A stretch of DNA of 64,000 nucleotides from positions 11,311 to 75,310 of the forward strand of contig VGBK01000001.1 in NCBI GenBank assembly GCA_016870535.1, read 5' to 3'. The position numbers were made by a program, and so were the translations under genes. A model generated the notes under the pieces. That model saw nothing but the letters and a program-made list of their open reading frames with translations. It made no database searches and was not told where the DNA came from. Position 1 is the first letter of the stretch, and the number at the start of each line of letters is the position of its first letter. Source of the stretch: Actinomycetota bacterium. GTDB lineage: Bacteria; Actinomycetota; Acidimicrobiia; Spongiisociales; UBA11373. Below, one piece after another: positions 31,656-41,756 of this stretch.

Positions 31656-32660
31656 CTACCCCCGGGCCAGGTACCCCTCCAACTCGGCCAGCAACTCGGC
31701 CCGGCGCCCGTCGTCCAAGAACGCGGCCTCGATCCCGTTGCGGGCGATGGTGGCCAGTTCCTCTCGGGTGAGGCCGAGAGCCCGCTGGGCCGCCAGGTAG
31801 TTATCCCCGACGTAGCCGCCGAAGTAGGCGGGATCGTCGGAGTTGATGGTGATGCGCACCCCGCGTTGCAGCAGGCGGCGCAGATTGTGGTCCCGCAGGT
31901 CGGGGAAGACCTGGAGTTTCATGTTGGAGAGGGGGCAGACGGTCAGGGCGATGCCCTCCGCCGCCAGGCGCTCCACCAGGGCCTCCTCCTGCTCGCAGGC
32001 GACCCCGTGGTCGATGCGCTCCGCGCCGAGCAGGTCCAGGGAGTCCCGGATGTACTCCGGCGGACCTTCTTCCCCGGCGTGGGCCACTGCCCGCAGGCCG
32101 GCCTTCCGGGCCCGGGTGAAGGCCTCCACGAACTTCTGCGGTGGATTGCCCCGTTCGCCCGAGTCGAGGCCTACGCCGATGATCTCGCCGAAGAACGGCC
32201 GGGCCTCTTCCAGGGTGTCCAGGGCCGCCTCACCGGAGAGGTGGCGCAGGAAGCACATGATCAGGTGGGTGGTGATGCCCAGGCGCTCCCGGGCGTCGGC
32301 GCGGGCTTGGGCGAACCCGGCCATGAACACCGGGAAGCCGATGCCCCGCTCGGTGTGGGTCTGGGGGTCGAAGAACATCTCGGCGTGGCGCACGTTGTCG
32401 GCGGCCGCCCGCTCCAAGTAGGCCCACATGAGATCGTAGAAGTCCGCCTCGGTGCGCAGCACCGCCGCCCCCTGGTAGTAGATGTCCAGGAACGACTGCA
32501 GGTCGGTGAACTCGTAGGCGCGTCGCACCTCGTCCACCGAGGCGAAGGGCAGGGCCACTCCGTTGCGCTCGGCCAGGCGGAACATCATCTCGGGCTCGAG
32601 GGTGCCCTCGATGTGCAGGTGCAGTTCCACCTTGGGCAGGCCGCCGACGAACGCCTCCAT
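31656..32660 (-). CDS. add: Adenosine/adenine deaminase
   Basis: PKVELHLHIEG, FFDPQTH, HAGEEG, RIDHG, CPLSN and NSDDPAYFGG. The FFDPQ motif suggests the adenine-deaminase subtype. Confidence 0.92.
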   Translation of the reverse strand: MEAFVGGLPKVELHLHIEGTLEPEMMFRLAERNGVALPFASVDEVRRAYEFTDLQSFLDIYYQGAAVLRTEADFYDLMWAYLERAAADNVRHAEMFFDPQTHTERGIGFPVFMAGFAQARADARERLGITTHLIMCFLRHLSGEAALDTLEEARPFFGEIIGVGLDSGERGNPPQKFVEAFTRARKAGLRAVAHAGEEGPPEYIRDSLDLLGAERIDHGVACEQEEALVERLAAEGIALTVCPLSNMKLQVFPDLRDHNLRRLLQRGVRITINSDDPAYFGGYVGDNYLAAQRALGLTREELATIARNGIEAAFLDDGRRAELLAELEGYLARG

Positions 32661-32799
32661 CGCCTCCTCCACGGGCCGGGTGCCGGCAGCCTAACGGCCG
32701 GGCTCTGCGGTGCGCCTCGCGTTTCGTCGGAGAGCGTGTGGGCGGCCCGGCTCCGGGGCTCTAGGATGCGGCCGTGAACCCCAGCGATGGGAGCAGACT

Positions 32800-34077
32800 G
32801 TGAGAACGAAGTGGACCTGGGTAGTGGTGCTGGCCGTCTTCGCCCTCGTCGTGGCCGCCTGCGGCGACGACGCGGCGACGACCACCACCGCCGCCCCAAC
32901 TACTACCGGCGCTGAGACCACCACTACCGGCGCTGAGACCACCACCACCGGGCCGGCCGAGCAGCTGGTGTTCGGCATGATCCTGGTGGGCCCCTACAAC
33001 GACCGGGGATGGAGCCAGGCACACTACGAGGCCGGGCAGTACCTGGAGGAGAAGCTCGGGGCCCGGATGATCTACCTGGACAAGGTGAACACCGCCGACC
33101 GGCCGGAGACCACCGTGGACCAGGTGGCGGCTCAGATGATCGGCGAGGGGGCGCAGCTGGTCTTCGCCACCTCCGACGATATGCGGGACGGCATCGAACT
33201 GGCCGCCGAGCTCTACCCCGACGTCCCCATGGTCTGGTCGTCGGGCGACAGCGCCTGGCCTGAGGCGGGGGCTGCCTACCGGCCCGACCTGGCCAACCTG
33301 GCCAACACCATGGGCCGCATGGAGTACGGCAAGATGATGGCCGGTTGCGCGGCCGCCCTCTCCTCGGAGGCCGGCAAGATCGGTTTCCTGGGCCCGCTGA
33401 TCAACGCCGAGACCCTGCGGCTGGCCAGTGCCGCTTACCTGGGCGCCCGGTACTGCTGGGAGGAGTTCCGCGGCGAGGATCCGGCCACCCTGGCCTTCCG
33501 GGTCGACTGGATCGGCTTCTGGTTCCACATCCCCGGCTTGACCATCGATCCCACCCAGGTCGCGAACGACTTCGTGGACAGCGGGATCGACGTCATCATC
33601 TCCGGCATCGACACCACCGAAGCCCTGGTGGTGGCGGGGCAGCGCAGCGCGGCCGGCGCCACGGTGTGGGCCATCCCCTACGACTACCACGGGGCCTGCG
33701 ACGAAGCGCCGCAGGTGTGCTTGGGGGTTCCCTACTTCAACTGGAACCCGGCTTACCTGCGTCTCGCCCAGTCGGTGCTCGACGGCACCTTCCGGGCCGA
33801 GTGGGAGTGGTTCGGTCCCGACTGGGACGACATCAACAACATGGAGACCTCCGGCATCGGGTTCCTCCCCGGGACGGCCCTTACGGGCGAGAACCTGGCA
33901 CTGCTGGAGCAGTTCATCGACGGCCTGGCCGACGGCTCGATCAACCTGTTCACCGGGCCGCTGAACTACCAGGACGGGACCCCGTTCCTGGGCGACGGCG
34001 AAGTGGCCACCGACGTGCAGGTCTGGTTCATGGAGCAACTGCTCGAAGGCATGGTGGGGGCCAGCCGGCCCAGCTAG
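32800..34077 (+). CDS. BMP family ABC transporter substrate-binding lipoprotein (probably purine/nucleoside)
   Basis: Lipobox VVAAC, Thr-rich linker, GPYNDRGWSQAH and IGFWF. Divergent from the deaminase. Confidence 0.85.
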   Translation: MRTKWTWVVVLAVFALVVAACGDDAATTTTAAPTTTGAETTTTGAETTTTGPAEQLVFGMILVGPYNDRGWSQAHYEAGQYLEEKLGARMIYLDKVNTADRPETTVDQVAAQMIGEGAQLVFATSDDMRDGIELAAELYPDVPMVWSSGDSAWPEAGAAYRPDLANLANTMGRMEYGKMMAGCAAALSSEAGKIGFLGPLINAETLRLASAAYLGARYCWEEFRGEDPATLAFRVDWIGFWFHIPGLTIDPTQVANDFVDSGIDVIISGIDTTEALVVAGQRSAAGATVWAIPYDYHGACDEAPQVCLGVPYFNWNPAYLRLAQSVLDGTFRAEWEWFGPDWDDINNMETSGIGFLPGTALTGENLALLEQFIDGLADGSINLFTGPLNYQDGTPFLGDGEVATDVQVWFMEQLLEGMVGASRPS

Positions 34078-34098
34078 TGCCCTTGCCCGACTGCTGCT

Positions 34099-34131
34099 GG
34101 AGAGGGGAAGGCCGCTGGCCTTCCCCTCTCC
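34099..34131 (+). promoter_or_regulatory. Perfect 15-bp hairpin between the SBP gene and the ATPase gene
   Basis: GGAGAGGGGAAGGCC-GCT-GGCCTTCCCCTCTCC. Probable mRNA-stabilising or partial-termination element. Confidence 0.6.
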
Positions 34132-34174
34132 GGTATGGCGGTGGGGAGCCCGGCCCTCTAGCCTGCCGGCCACG

Positions 34175-35632
34175 ATGAGCCTGGAACTGCGCGGCATCCA
34201 CAAGCGCTACGGCTCGGTGCGGGCCAACGATGGCGTCGACCTGATCCTCGAGGCCGGGTCCATCCACGGGCTGCTGGGGGAGAACGGAGCGGGCAAGTCC
34301 ACCCTCATGAAGGTGCTCTCCGGTTTCGTGGCTCCCGACTCGGGTCGGGTCCTCCTCGACGGCCGGCCGGTTCGGCTCGGCTCCACCCGGGCCGCCATCC
34401 GGGCCGGCATCGGCATGCTGCACCAGGATCCCCTGGTCTTCCTCCCCTTCACCGTCCTGGACAACTTCATCCTCGGCAGCGGAAGACGGGTGCGCCGGGC
34501 GGCGGCGCGCCGCGACCTGCAGCGCATGGCGGACCAGTTCGGCTTCCGCCTCGACCCGGAGGCGCCGGCCCGCTCTCTCACCGTGGGCGAGCGCCAGCAG
34601 CTGGAGATCGTGAGGCTGCTGTGGCTGGGCGCCCGGGTGCTCATCCTGGACGAGCCCACCACCGGCATCTCCGCCACCCAGCAGGAGCGTCTCTTCGCCA
34701 CCTTGCGGGCCCTGGCCGAGCAGGGGATGATCGTCGCCTTCGTCTCCCACAAGCTCGAGGAGGTGGAGGCGCTCTGCCGGCGGGTGACGGTGATGCGGCG
34801 AGGGAGGGTGGTGGGCGAGGCGGATCTGCCCTGCCCTACCGAGCGCCTGGTGGAGATGATGTTCGGCCGGGTGCAGGTGCCGGTGGTGCGGGAGCGGGCC
34901 GCGCCCGGCGACGCGGTGTTGGAGTTGCAGGGGATGCGCCCTGCCGACCGCGGCGTCGCCGAGTCGCACACGCTCGCCGTCGGCCGGGGTGAGGTGATCG
35001 GCCTGGCCGGGCTCGAGGGCAGCGGGCAGCGGCCTTTCCTGCGCACCTGTGCCGGGCTGCAGCGGCCGGCGGAGGGGAGGATCCGCGTGGCCGGACGCGA
35101 CCTCACCCGGGCGCGCTACCGGGAGTTCCGCCGCGCCGGGGTGCACTTCCTGCCCGCCGGGCGCCTGGAGGAGGGCCTCATCAGCGGCCTCACTCTCACC
35201 GAGCATTTCCTGCTCGCCTCCCCGGGGGGGAGCTTCGTGATCGACTGGGCCCAGGCCGAAGCCGAGGCCGCCGCGACCATCGCGGAGAACCTCATTGTGG
35301 GCTCCCCGCGTTCGGCGGCCGAGGAGCTCAGCGGCGGCAACCAGCAGCGCCTGCTCCTTTCGCTGATGCCCTCCGAGGTGCAGGTGCTGCTCATGGAGCA
35401 CCCCACCCGGGGCCTCGACCTCGAGTCCGCCGACTGGGTGTGGCGTCGCCTCCTGGAGCGCAGCCGCCGGGGCACCGCCATCGTCTTCGCCTCCTCCGAC
35501 CTCGAGGAACTGCTCCGCTACAGCGACCGCATCCTGGTCTTCTTCGCCGGGAAGGTACTGCGCGAGGTCCCCGCCGAGACCATCAGCGGCGAGGATCTCG
35601 GGTACCTGATCGGCGGGAAGGATCCCCGGTGA
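34175..35632 (+). CDS. Nucleoside/sugar ABC transporter ATP-binding protein (two NBDs)
   Basis: GENGAGKST, LDEPT, SHKLEEV, LSGGNQQ and PTRGLD. Confidence 0.92.
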   Translation: MSLELRGIHKRYGSVRANDGVDLILEAGSIHGLLGENGAGKSTLMKVLSGFVAPDSGRVLLDGRPVRLGSTRAAIRAGIGMLHQDPLVFLPFTVLDNFILGSGRRVRRAAARRDLQRMADQFGFRLDPEAPARSLTVGERQQLEIVRLLWLGARVLILDEPTTGISATQQERLFATLRALAEQGMIVAFVSHKLEEVEALCRRVTVMRRGRVVGEADLPCPTERLVEMMFGRVQVPVVRERAAPGDAVLELQGMRPADRGVAESHTLAVGRGEVIGLAGLEGSGQRPFLRTCAGLQRPAEGRIRVAGRDLTRARYREFRRAGVHFLPAGRLEEGLISGLTLTEHFLLASPGGSFVIDWAQAEAEAAATIAENLIVGSPRSAAEELSGGNQQRLLLSLMPSEVQVLLMEHPTRGLDLESADWVWRRLLERSRRGTAIVFASSDLEELLRYSDRILVFFAGKVLREVPAETISGEDLGYLIGGKDPR

Positions 35633-36684
35633 GCGTGCTGGCCCGGTCCCGGAGCGCCGCCACCGCACTGTTGCCCTTCGCCCTCGTTCTGGTGGTGGGC
35701 GTTCTCCTCCTCATCTCGGTGAGCGCTCCCCCTCTGGAGGTGTTCCGCCTCATCTTCCAGGGGGCGCTGGGGAGCCAAGCCGGGCTCTCCACCACCTTGA
35801 TGGTCTGGGTGCCCCTGGTGCTCGCCGCGGCGGGCCTGGTGGTGACCTTCACCGCCGGGCTGTGGAACATCGGCATCGAGGGGCAGATCATCGTGGGAGC
35901 AGTGGCCGGAGCCCTGGTGGCCCGGACCGTCATCGGGCCCCCGTTGCTGGTGATCCCGCTCCTCATCCTGGCCGGGGCGGTGGGGGGGATGCTGTGGGGG
36001 CTCCTGGTGGGAGTGCTGCGGGTGTACGGGCGGGTGAACGAGATCTTCGGCGGCCTGGGCCTGTTCTTTGTGGCCACCGGCCTGGTGGTGTACCTGGTCA
36101 TCGGCCCCTGGCAGCGGGCGGGCAGCGCCTCCACCAGCGGCACCGACCTCTTCCGGCGGGAAGCCTGGCTGCCCCGGGCCGGCGGGTGGCGCTTCTCGTG
36201 GGTGGCGCTGGGGCTGGCCGTCGCCCTGGTGGTCGGGGTGTACCTGCTGATGCGAGGAACCCGCTTCGGCCTGCGCCTGCGGGCAGTGGGCCGCAACGGC
36301 CGCAGCGCCTTCCTCATGGGGATCACCACCAACCGGCACCTGCTGGCCGCCTTCGCCCTCTGCGGGGCGCTGGGCGGCCTCGGCGGCGCTCTGCACGCCG
36401 CGGGCTTCCACCACAAACTGGTCCCGGCGGTGTCGGGCGGCTACGGCTTCCTGGGCATCCTGGTGGTGCTCCTCGCCGGCTTCCGGGCGGTGTGGATCGC
36501 CCCTATCGCCTTCTTCTTCGCGGTGATCTCGGTGGGTAGCACCCAACTGCAGTTGCGTCTGCAACTGCACTCATCGCTGGCCGGGGTGCTCCAGGGGGTC
36601 CTGGTTCTCTGCGCCTTGCTCGTCGGAGGCTGGCAGTTGCGCCGCGCCCATCTGAGCCGGCGCCGCGCGGAAGAGGGGGGGTGA
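35629..36684 (+). CDS. Nucleoside ABC transporter permease
   Basis: WNIGIEGQ, GLRLRAVG and GYGFLGI motifs. Operonic. Confidence 0.88.
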   Translation: MSVLARSRSAATALLPFALVLVVGVLLLISVSAPPLEVFRLIFQGALGSQAGLSTTLMVWVPLVLAAAGLVVTFTAGLWNIGIEGQIIVGAVAGALVARTVIGPPLLVIPLLILAGAVGGMLWGLLVGVLRVYGRVNEIFGGLGLFFVATGLVVYLVIGPWQRAGSASTSGTDLFRREAWLPRAGGWRFSWVALGLAVALVVGVYLLMRGTRFGLRLRAVGRNGRSAFLMGITTNRHLLAAFALCGALGGLGGALHAAGFHHKLVPAVSGGYGFLGILVVLLAGFRAVWIAPIAFFFAVISVGSTQLQLRLQLHSSLAGVLQGVLVLCALLVGGWQLRRAHLSRRRAEEGG

Positions 36685-36688
36685 GGCC

Positions 36689-37681
36689 GTGCACCAGGAG
36701 ACGCTGGATTTCGTGGTGGCCACGCTGGCCTCGATAGTGGCCGCAGCCAGCCCCCTGGTATACGCCGTGGTGGGAGAGACCATCACCGAGAAGGCGGGGG
36801 TCATCAACCTCTCCCTGGACGGCAGCATCATGCTGTCGGCCATGGCCGGCTTCGCCACCGCCTTCATGACCGGCAGCGTCCTGCTCGGCTTCGTGGTGGC
36901 GGCTCTGGTCTCCATGGCCATGGCCCTGGTCATCGCCTTCTCTTCCATCGAACTGCGGCTCAACCAGATCGCCATTGGTTTCGTGCTCACCCTCCTCGGC
37001 GCCAACCTGGCCTCGTTCCTGGGCCGGTCCTACGTGGGGGTGAGGGCGGCCGGGGTGCCCCACCTAGGCATACCCTGGCTCGAGGACCTCTCGCTCAGGA
37101 TTCCAAAGGTGGGCAGCTTCAGATTCGGGGCCATCTTCTTCGACCACAACCTCTCGGTCTACGGCAGCTTCCTGGCGATTCTGCTCGGCTACTGGTTCGT
37201 CTTCCGCACCCGCCGGGGCCTGGAGCTGCAGGGCGTGGGGGAGCGGCCCGAGGCGGCGCACGCCCGCGGCCTGGCGGTAAATCGCCTGCGCTACTTCTAC
37301 ACCGTGCTGGGCGGCGCCCTGGTGGGCCTCGCCGGCGCCGCGTTCTCCCTCGATGTGCGCTTCGGGTGGCGAGAGGGGCTCACCACCAACTACGGCTGGA
37401 TCGCCCTGGCGATCGTCATCTTCGGGGGCTGGCATCCGGTGCGGGCCGCCGCGGGCGCTTACCTCTTCGGGGCCCTCTCCGTCTTGGCCCTGAAGCTGCA
37501 GCCGCAGCTCCCCGACCTCTCTCAGATACTGCCCATCACCCCGTTCGCCCTGATGATCTTCGCCCTGCTGCTCGTCTCCCAGGACTGGTCGCGCCGCCTT
37601 GCCGACCGCTACTCCCGTTGGCGGAGGCTGCTCAGCGGTGACCCGCCCTCGGCCATCGGCACCGCCTTCTGGCGCGACTAG
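36689..37681 (+). CDS. Nucleoside ABC transporter permease
   Basis: GETITEKAGVINLSLDG, VGERPEAA and GWIALAIVIFGGWHP. Confidence 0.9.
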   Translation: MHQETLDFVVATLASIVAAASPLVYAVVGETITEKAGVINLSLDGSIMLSAMAGFATAFMTGSVLLGFVVAALVSMAMALVIAFSSIELRLNQIAIGFVLTLLGANLASFLGRSYVGVRAAGVPHLGIPWLEDLSLRIPKVGSFRFGAIFFDHNLSVYGSFLAILLGYWFVFRTRRGLELQGVGERPEAAHARGLAVNRLRYFYTVLGGALVGLAGAAFSLDVRFGWREGLTTNYGWIALAIVIFGGWHPVRAAAGAYLFGALSVLALKLQPQLPDLSQILPITPFALMIFALLLVSQDWSRRLADRYSRWRRLLSGDPPSAIGTAFWRD

Positions 37682-37694
37682 GAAAGGAGCACCC

Positions 37695-38240
37695 GTGGCC
37701 CGTCCGATCTGGAAGCAACTGCTGGCAGAGGATCTGGAGGCCTTCCGGGCCTACCTGGTCGGCCTGCCCGCGGAGGAGAGGCCGCGCTACGGCCTGCTGG
37801 GGGTGAAGGCCTCGTGGTGGTCGCGCCTCGGGGGCGGGGCCCGGCCCTTCGTGGCCCTCCTGGTGGGAGACCGGGTGATCCTCTCCAAGCGCTCCTTCCG
37901 GGCTGGGCGGGAGATGACCCGCCACGAGTACCCGGCCGCCGACCTGAAGGCCATCAAGGTCCGGCGGGGGCCTCTGCTCGAGAGCGCCAGGCTGAGGTTT
38001 GCGGACGGCTACGCCTTGCGGCTGGGGAGTCTGCCGCGGCGGCAGACGCAGCCGTGGGAGCGACTCCTGGCCGGAGAAGAGGACGCCCTCGACCCGGCCG
38101 GGCTCTCACCGGAACAGCTCACCAACTTCTGCCAGGCGGCAGCCGCCCTGGGCCTGGGGCCCGATGCCCCCGGCGCCGAGGCTGCGGAGACCGAGGCTGC
38201 GGAAGCCGAGGCCGCGGAGACCGCAGCCGCTCAGTCGTAG
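37695..38240 (+). CDS. Hypothetical protein (possible PH-like fold)
   Basis: GTG after AAAGGAG at the end of the ABC operon. Beta-rich middle and a low-complexity EAAET tail. Confidence 0.55.
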   Translation: MARPIWKQLLAEDLEAFRAYLVGLPAEERPRYGLLGVKASWWSRLGGGARPFVALLVGDRVILSKRSFRAGREMTRHEYPAADLKAIKVRRGPLLESARLRFADGYALRLGSLPRRQTQPWERLLAGEEDALDPAGLSPEQLTNFCQAAAALGLGPDAPGAEAAETEAAEAEAAETAAAQS

Positions 38241-40429
38241 AGGGTCGCCAGCCACCCCGGGCGATCGGGGGCCTCGCCTTCCATCAACATCTCCCGCCAC
38301 TCCTCGTCGGTGAGGCGCTCGCCGCGCGGCACCCAGAACTCGTAGAAGGCATAAGTGCCGCCGACGGCAACCTGGAAGTGCCCGGCGTCGTTGGGCACCA
38401 GCACGTAGATGGTGTCGAAGCCGCCGGTGGCGATCTCCAGGGCGTCCCACGGGTTCGAGAAGATGTCCACCACCACGGGAGCCTTGCTGTCGGGATCTCC
38501 GGCGAACCCGCCCATGCCCATCTCGTCGGGTTGTCCCTCTCCGGCGAGCAGCCAGATGAGCTCGAACTCGCTGCCGATCCCGGCCAGCCAGTCGTTGTCG
38601 GCGGCCGAGATGGGCCTCCCCGCCAGTTCGTCGCGGGCGATGCGCCCGAAACGGGCTTCCATGGCGATCAGGCGGTCGAGCAGTTCGGCGGTGGCGGCGG
38701 GCAGGAGGTCGCGGCCGGCCAGGCCGGAGCGGAGGAGGCCGGCGGCCTCGGCGAGGCGCTCGAAGGGGACGGGGTCGGGCTCCACCCAGTGGCGGGGCGG
38801 GGCCGGGGGCAGCGGTTCGTCCCCCTCGGCGAAGGCCTGCTTGGTGTAGAGCACGGTGTCGTGCTTCAACTCGGTGTAGGAGCCGAAGCCCCCCTGATGG
38901 GCCCGGGCCGCCCACGCCTCGCTCTGCATGTAGTCCGGGAACGGACCGCCGTGGGGGAGCCACATGGGGAGGATGGCGTACAGCCAGGCGTCGTACACCG
39001 TGGAGCCCCAGTCGGCTGCGGGCCTGGCGGCGACCAGTTCGCGCAGGAGAGCCAGCCGCTCCGGGTACTCGGGATAGGCCTCGGCTACGCCGGCGGCCTG
39101 CTGGATCCCCAGGGCCCAGTCGGAGCCCATGGCGGCGGCCACGTCGAGCACCGAGGCCTCGAGGCGCGACCACACCTGGGGGTGAACCAGTTGGTCGAGC
39201 AGGAAGGCGTCGAGGGTGAACCGCGCCCCCATGGTCCGCATCGAGGCCGCCTCGGCGTCGATGAGCACCGGGCGGGCGGCGCGCAGCGCGTCGGCTACGG
39301 CGGTGAGGAACCCGTCGTCGGCCAGCAGGCTCGGGTCGACCCCGCCTTCGGAGCAGCACCAGGTCGCCCCGGCCGCCACCAGTTCCAGGGGGGTGTAGTC
39401 GTCGGCCGTTCCCACCAGGAAGGAGGTGGACTCGTAGATGCGCTCCCAGGCGTCGAGCAGGGCGGCGTCCTCGACGAGGAGCACGCTGAGCAGTACCCCG
39501 CGAGCCAATGCCTGCGGATCGGCGATGGGGAAGGGGGTGGATCCGAGCAGCGCCATGGCGCGGAAGTACCGCGTCAGGTCCTCGCTGCGGGTGTAGTGGC
39601 CGCGCGGCGCGGCCAGGGTGTAGTCCACCTCCACCCCGAGGGTGGGGGACACGGCGAAGGCGGCGTGCAGTTCGGCCAGGGCGACTTCCTCGGCCGCCCG
39701 TGCCCCGATCTCTCCCACGTCGAGGCCGAGCAGGGTGGCCACCGCCTCCAGGTGTTGGGCCACGTCGTCGGCGGCGGCCGCCGCCGGGGTGCCGGCGAGG
39801 GCGGCGCGCTGCTCCCGAGCGGCCTGGGCCAGGCCGCCGACGAGTTCCTCGAGGCGGGGGAGCAGGGCCTGCGCCTCGATGTCGCGCAAAGCCTTGGAGA
39901 AGACCAGGTGCCACATGTGGTACCCGGCGTCGGTGGTGACGTATACCGGGCCGTCGGCGTAGCGGGCCCGGTAGGTGTAGATGGGGTGCAGCGTGTCCTG
40001 GGGCCAGGAGCCGTCGAGGGCGAACCCTTCACTTTCCAGACGGCTCCGGAGGTTCGTCCCGGACCAGTCCGTGACTTTGAACTCCCAGTAGACCTCACCC
40101 AGCGAGGTGGGGTGGCCGGGGACCACCGTGGGCCCGTCGTCGAGCAGGGGGATGGGGATGAAGGAGCCGAAGCCGGCTCTCCCCGGGAGGGCATCGGGCA
40201 GGGGACTGGCCTCTCCCTCCGGCAGCGTGGTGGTGGTGGCTCCGGTAGTGGTGGTCGTGGGGGGAGAGGTGGTGGTGGTCGTCGCGCCGGTAGCGGGGGG
40301 CGCGGTGGTGGAGGGAGCCGTGGTGGTGGAGGGAGCAGCGGTGGTGGTAGAGAAGGCAGTGTCCCCGCTGCAGGCGGCGAGCAGGACACAGGCCAGGAGG
40401 ACGGGCAGCAGGCGGCGGGCGCGGCGCAT
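38231..40429 (-). CDS. DUF3160 family lipoprotein
   Basis: Lipobox LLAAC, Thr-rich linker, PRGHYT, SYTELKHDTVLYTKQ, VEP and RLTDEEW. Confidence 0.85.
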   Translation of the reverse strand: MRRARRLLPVLLACVLLAACSGDTAFSTTTAAPSTTTAPSTTAPPATGATTTTTSPPTTTTTGATTTTLPEGEASPLPDALPGRAGFGSFIPIPLLDDGPTVVPGHPTSLGEVYWEFKVTDWSGTNLRSRLESEGFALDGSWPQDTLHPIYTYRARYADGPVYVTTDAGYHMWHLVFSKALRDIEAQALLPRLEELVGGLAQAAREQRAALAGTPAAAAADDVAQHLEAVATLLGLDVGEIGARAAEEVALAELHAAFAVSPTLGVEVDYTLAAPRGHYTRSEDLTRYFRAMALLGSTPFPIADPQALARGVLLSVLLVEDAALLDAWERIYESTSFLVGTADDYTPLELVAAGATWCCSEGGVDPSLLADDGFLTAVADALRAARPVLIDAEAASMRTMGARFTLDAFLLDQLVHPQVWSRLEASVLDVAAAMGSDWALGIQQAAGVAEAYPEYPERLALLRELVAARPAADWGSTVYDAWLYAILPMWLPHGGPFPDYMQSEAWAARAHQGGFGSYTELKHDTVLYTKQAFAEGDEPLPPAPPRHWVEPDPVPFERLAEAAGLLRSGLAGRDLLPAATAELLDRLIAMEARFGRIARDELAGRPISAADNDWLAGIGSEFELIWLLAGEGQPDEMGMGGFAGDPDSKAPVVVDIFSNPWDALEIATGGFDTIYVLVPNDAGHFQVAVGGTYAFYEFWVPRGERLTDEEWREMLMEGEAPDRPGWLATLYD

Positions 40430-40495
40430 GGGGACTCCCCGGTCGAGGTGCCGTCCCCAGTATCGTCCTTGAAGCGCAGTGCGTGCGACTCGGCC

Positions 40496-41665
40496 TCAGG
40501 GCGAGCGGCCCAGGATGACCGGATCGAGGCGCCCGTCGCCGTCGACGTCGGCACAACGCGGCTCCCCGAAGCCGGGAAGCTCCCGGACGGGGCGCAGCCC
40601 GAGGCCGTCCCAGACGGCGGCGCCGGCGGCTACCACTTCCGGGTCGTCGAGGGCGGTGTAGGCCAGCGCTACCGCTCCGTCGCAGACGGCCAGTTCGCCC
40701 ACCGGACGGGGCAGGTAGCCGGCCGCCCACCGGGCACGACCGCCGAGGGTGAAGACCCCGAGGTGGGCGCTGCGCCCCCGAGAGTCCACCCCCACGATGC
40801 CGGGGCGGGTTTCGCTGAGGGCGGAGGGGCGGAAGGGGTGGCGGTACGACACCACCAGGTCCGGGTCCCCGTCGCCGGTGAGGTCACCCACCGCAGCCGC
40901 GACGAGGTCGCCCCGAGTGAAGGCGAGGTCGGCGGGCGGGCGGAGCACCGGAACGGGATCAAAGGAGCGGGCCAGCGCCCACCACTCCCCGTCCAGCAGC
41001 ACCGCGTCGCCCCCGGGGAGGGCCCAGCCCGAGAAGCGCACCCGGAAGTCGCGGTGAGCCACCCTTCCCAGCCGGTAGGCGAGCACCCCCTCGGCATCGG
41101 CGAGCACCTCCAGCAGGGCGCCGCCGCCGGCGGCGTCGCCGGAGAGGAGCGCGCCCAGGCCGGCGACCGTGAGACTGGTCCGGCCGAACCGACTATGGGA
41201 CGTCGTCGCGGCCGGAGGGCCTCCTCCGACGGCAGCCGTCACCTCCGGCGCCGAGCGAAAGAGGCCGGGCGAGGCTACGGAGAGGCCCAGCGTGGGACCA
41301 GGCGACCAGGCGTCGGGCGGCCCGGGGATCCCGGAGCAGCGCAGGCGCGGCGTCGCCGGAGTTCCGGTGTCGAGGGAGTGCGGCTGGGGACAGGCGACAA
41401 CGTCGAACCCGGCCGCGGCCAGGAGCGCGCCGGCCTCTGCGTCGGCGGCGGCGACCACGGCGAGATCGGCGCGGCGGGCGGCGCGGCGCACTTCCCGGAA
41501 GATCCCCTCGGGGTCGGCGGTGGCCACGGCGGCGGCGTCACCGCTCAAGTCGACGGTGCCGGCGATGAGCAGGCGGACGGGCCGCTCCAGTTGACCGGAG
41601 GAGGCGGGGGCGGAGGCACAGCCCGCGGCCAGGATCAGGGGGAGCACGAGGGCAAGCCGGTGCAT
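40496..41665 (-). CDS. Lipoprotein with degenerate CapA (PGA_cap)-like N-domain and FG-GAP-like C-domain
   Basis: Lipobox LAAGC. AGFDVVACPQPHSLDTG compared with CapA AGFDxxSLANNHxxDxG. GDLTGDGDPDLVV and ADVDGDGRLDPVI loops. Confidence 0.55.
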   Translation of the reverse strand: MHRLALVLPLILAAGCASAPASSGQLERPVRLLIAGTVDLSGDAAAVATADPEGIFREVRRAARRADLAVVAAADAEAGALLAAAGFDVVACPQPHSLDTGTPATPRLRCSGIPGPPDAWSPGPTLGLSVASPGLFRSAPEVTAAVGGGPPAATTSHSRFGRTSLTVAGLGALLSGDAAGGGALLEVLADAEGVLAYRLGRVAHRDFRVRFSGWALPGGDAVLLDGEWWALARSFDPVPVLRPPADLAFTRGDLVAAAVGDLTGDGDPDLVVSYRHPFRPSALSETRPGIVGVDSRGRSAHLGVFTLGGRARWAAGYLPRPVGELAVCDGAVALAYTALDDPEVVAAGAAVWDGLGLRPVRELPGFGEPRCADVDGDGRLDPVILGRSP

Positions 41666-41756
41666 CCCACCAATGGTGGCACGCCCGCCGGCGCGGCGCC
41701 CCGGAGGACCCGACCGGCCGTCCCGATTGGCCGCCCACGCGGCTAGCGTGCCGGGG

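Noticed and set aside
32661..32799. Purine riboswitch between add and the BMP operon
   Set aside because: No purine aptamer core is visible, and the region is short and holds divergent promoter-like hexamers.
32878..32950. Thr-rich tandem repeats in lipoproteins (also ~40225-40350 and ~50025-50130) as contingency loci
   Set aside because: Unit lengths are multiples of 3 and encode ordinary flexible linkers after the lipobox, so they give no phase variation.
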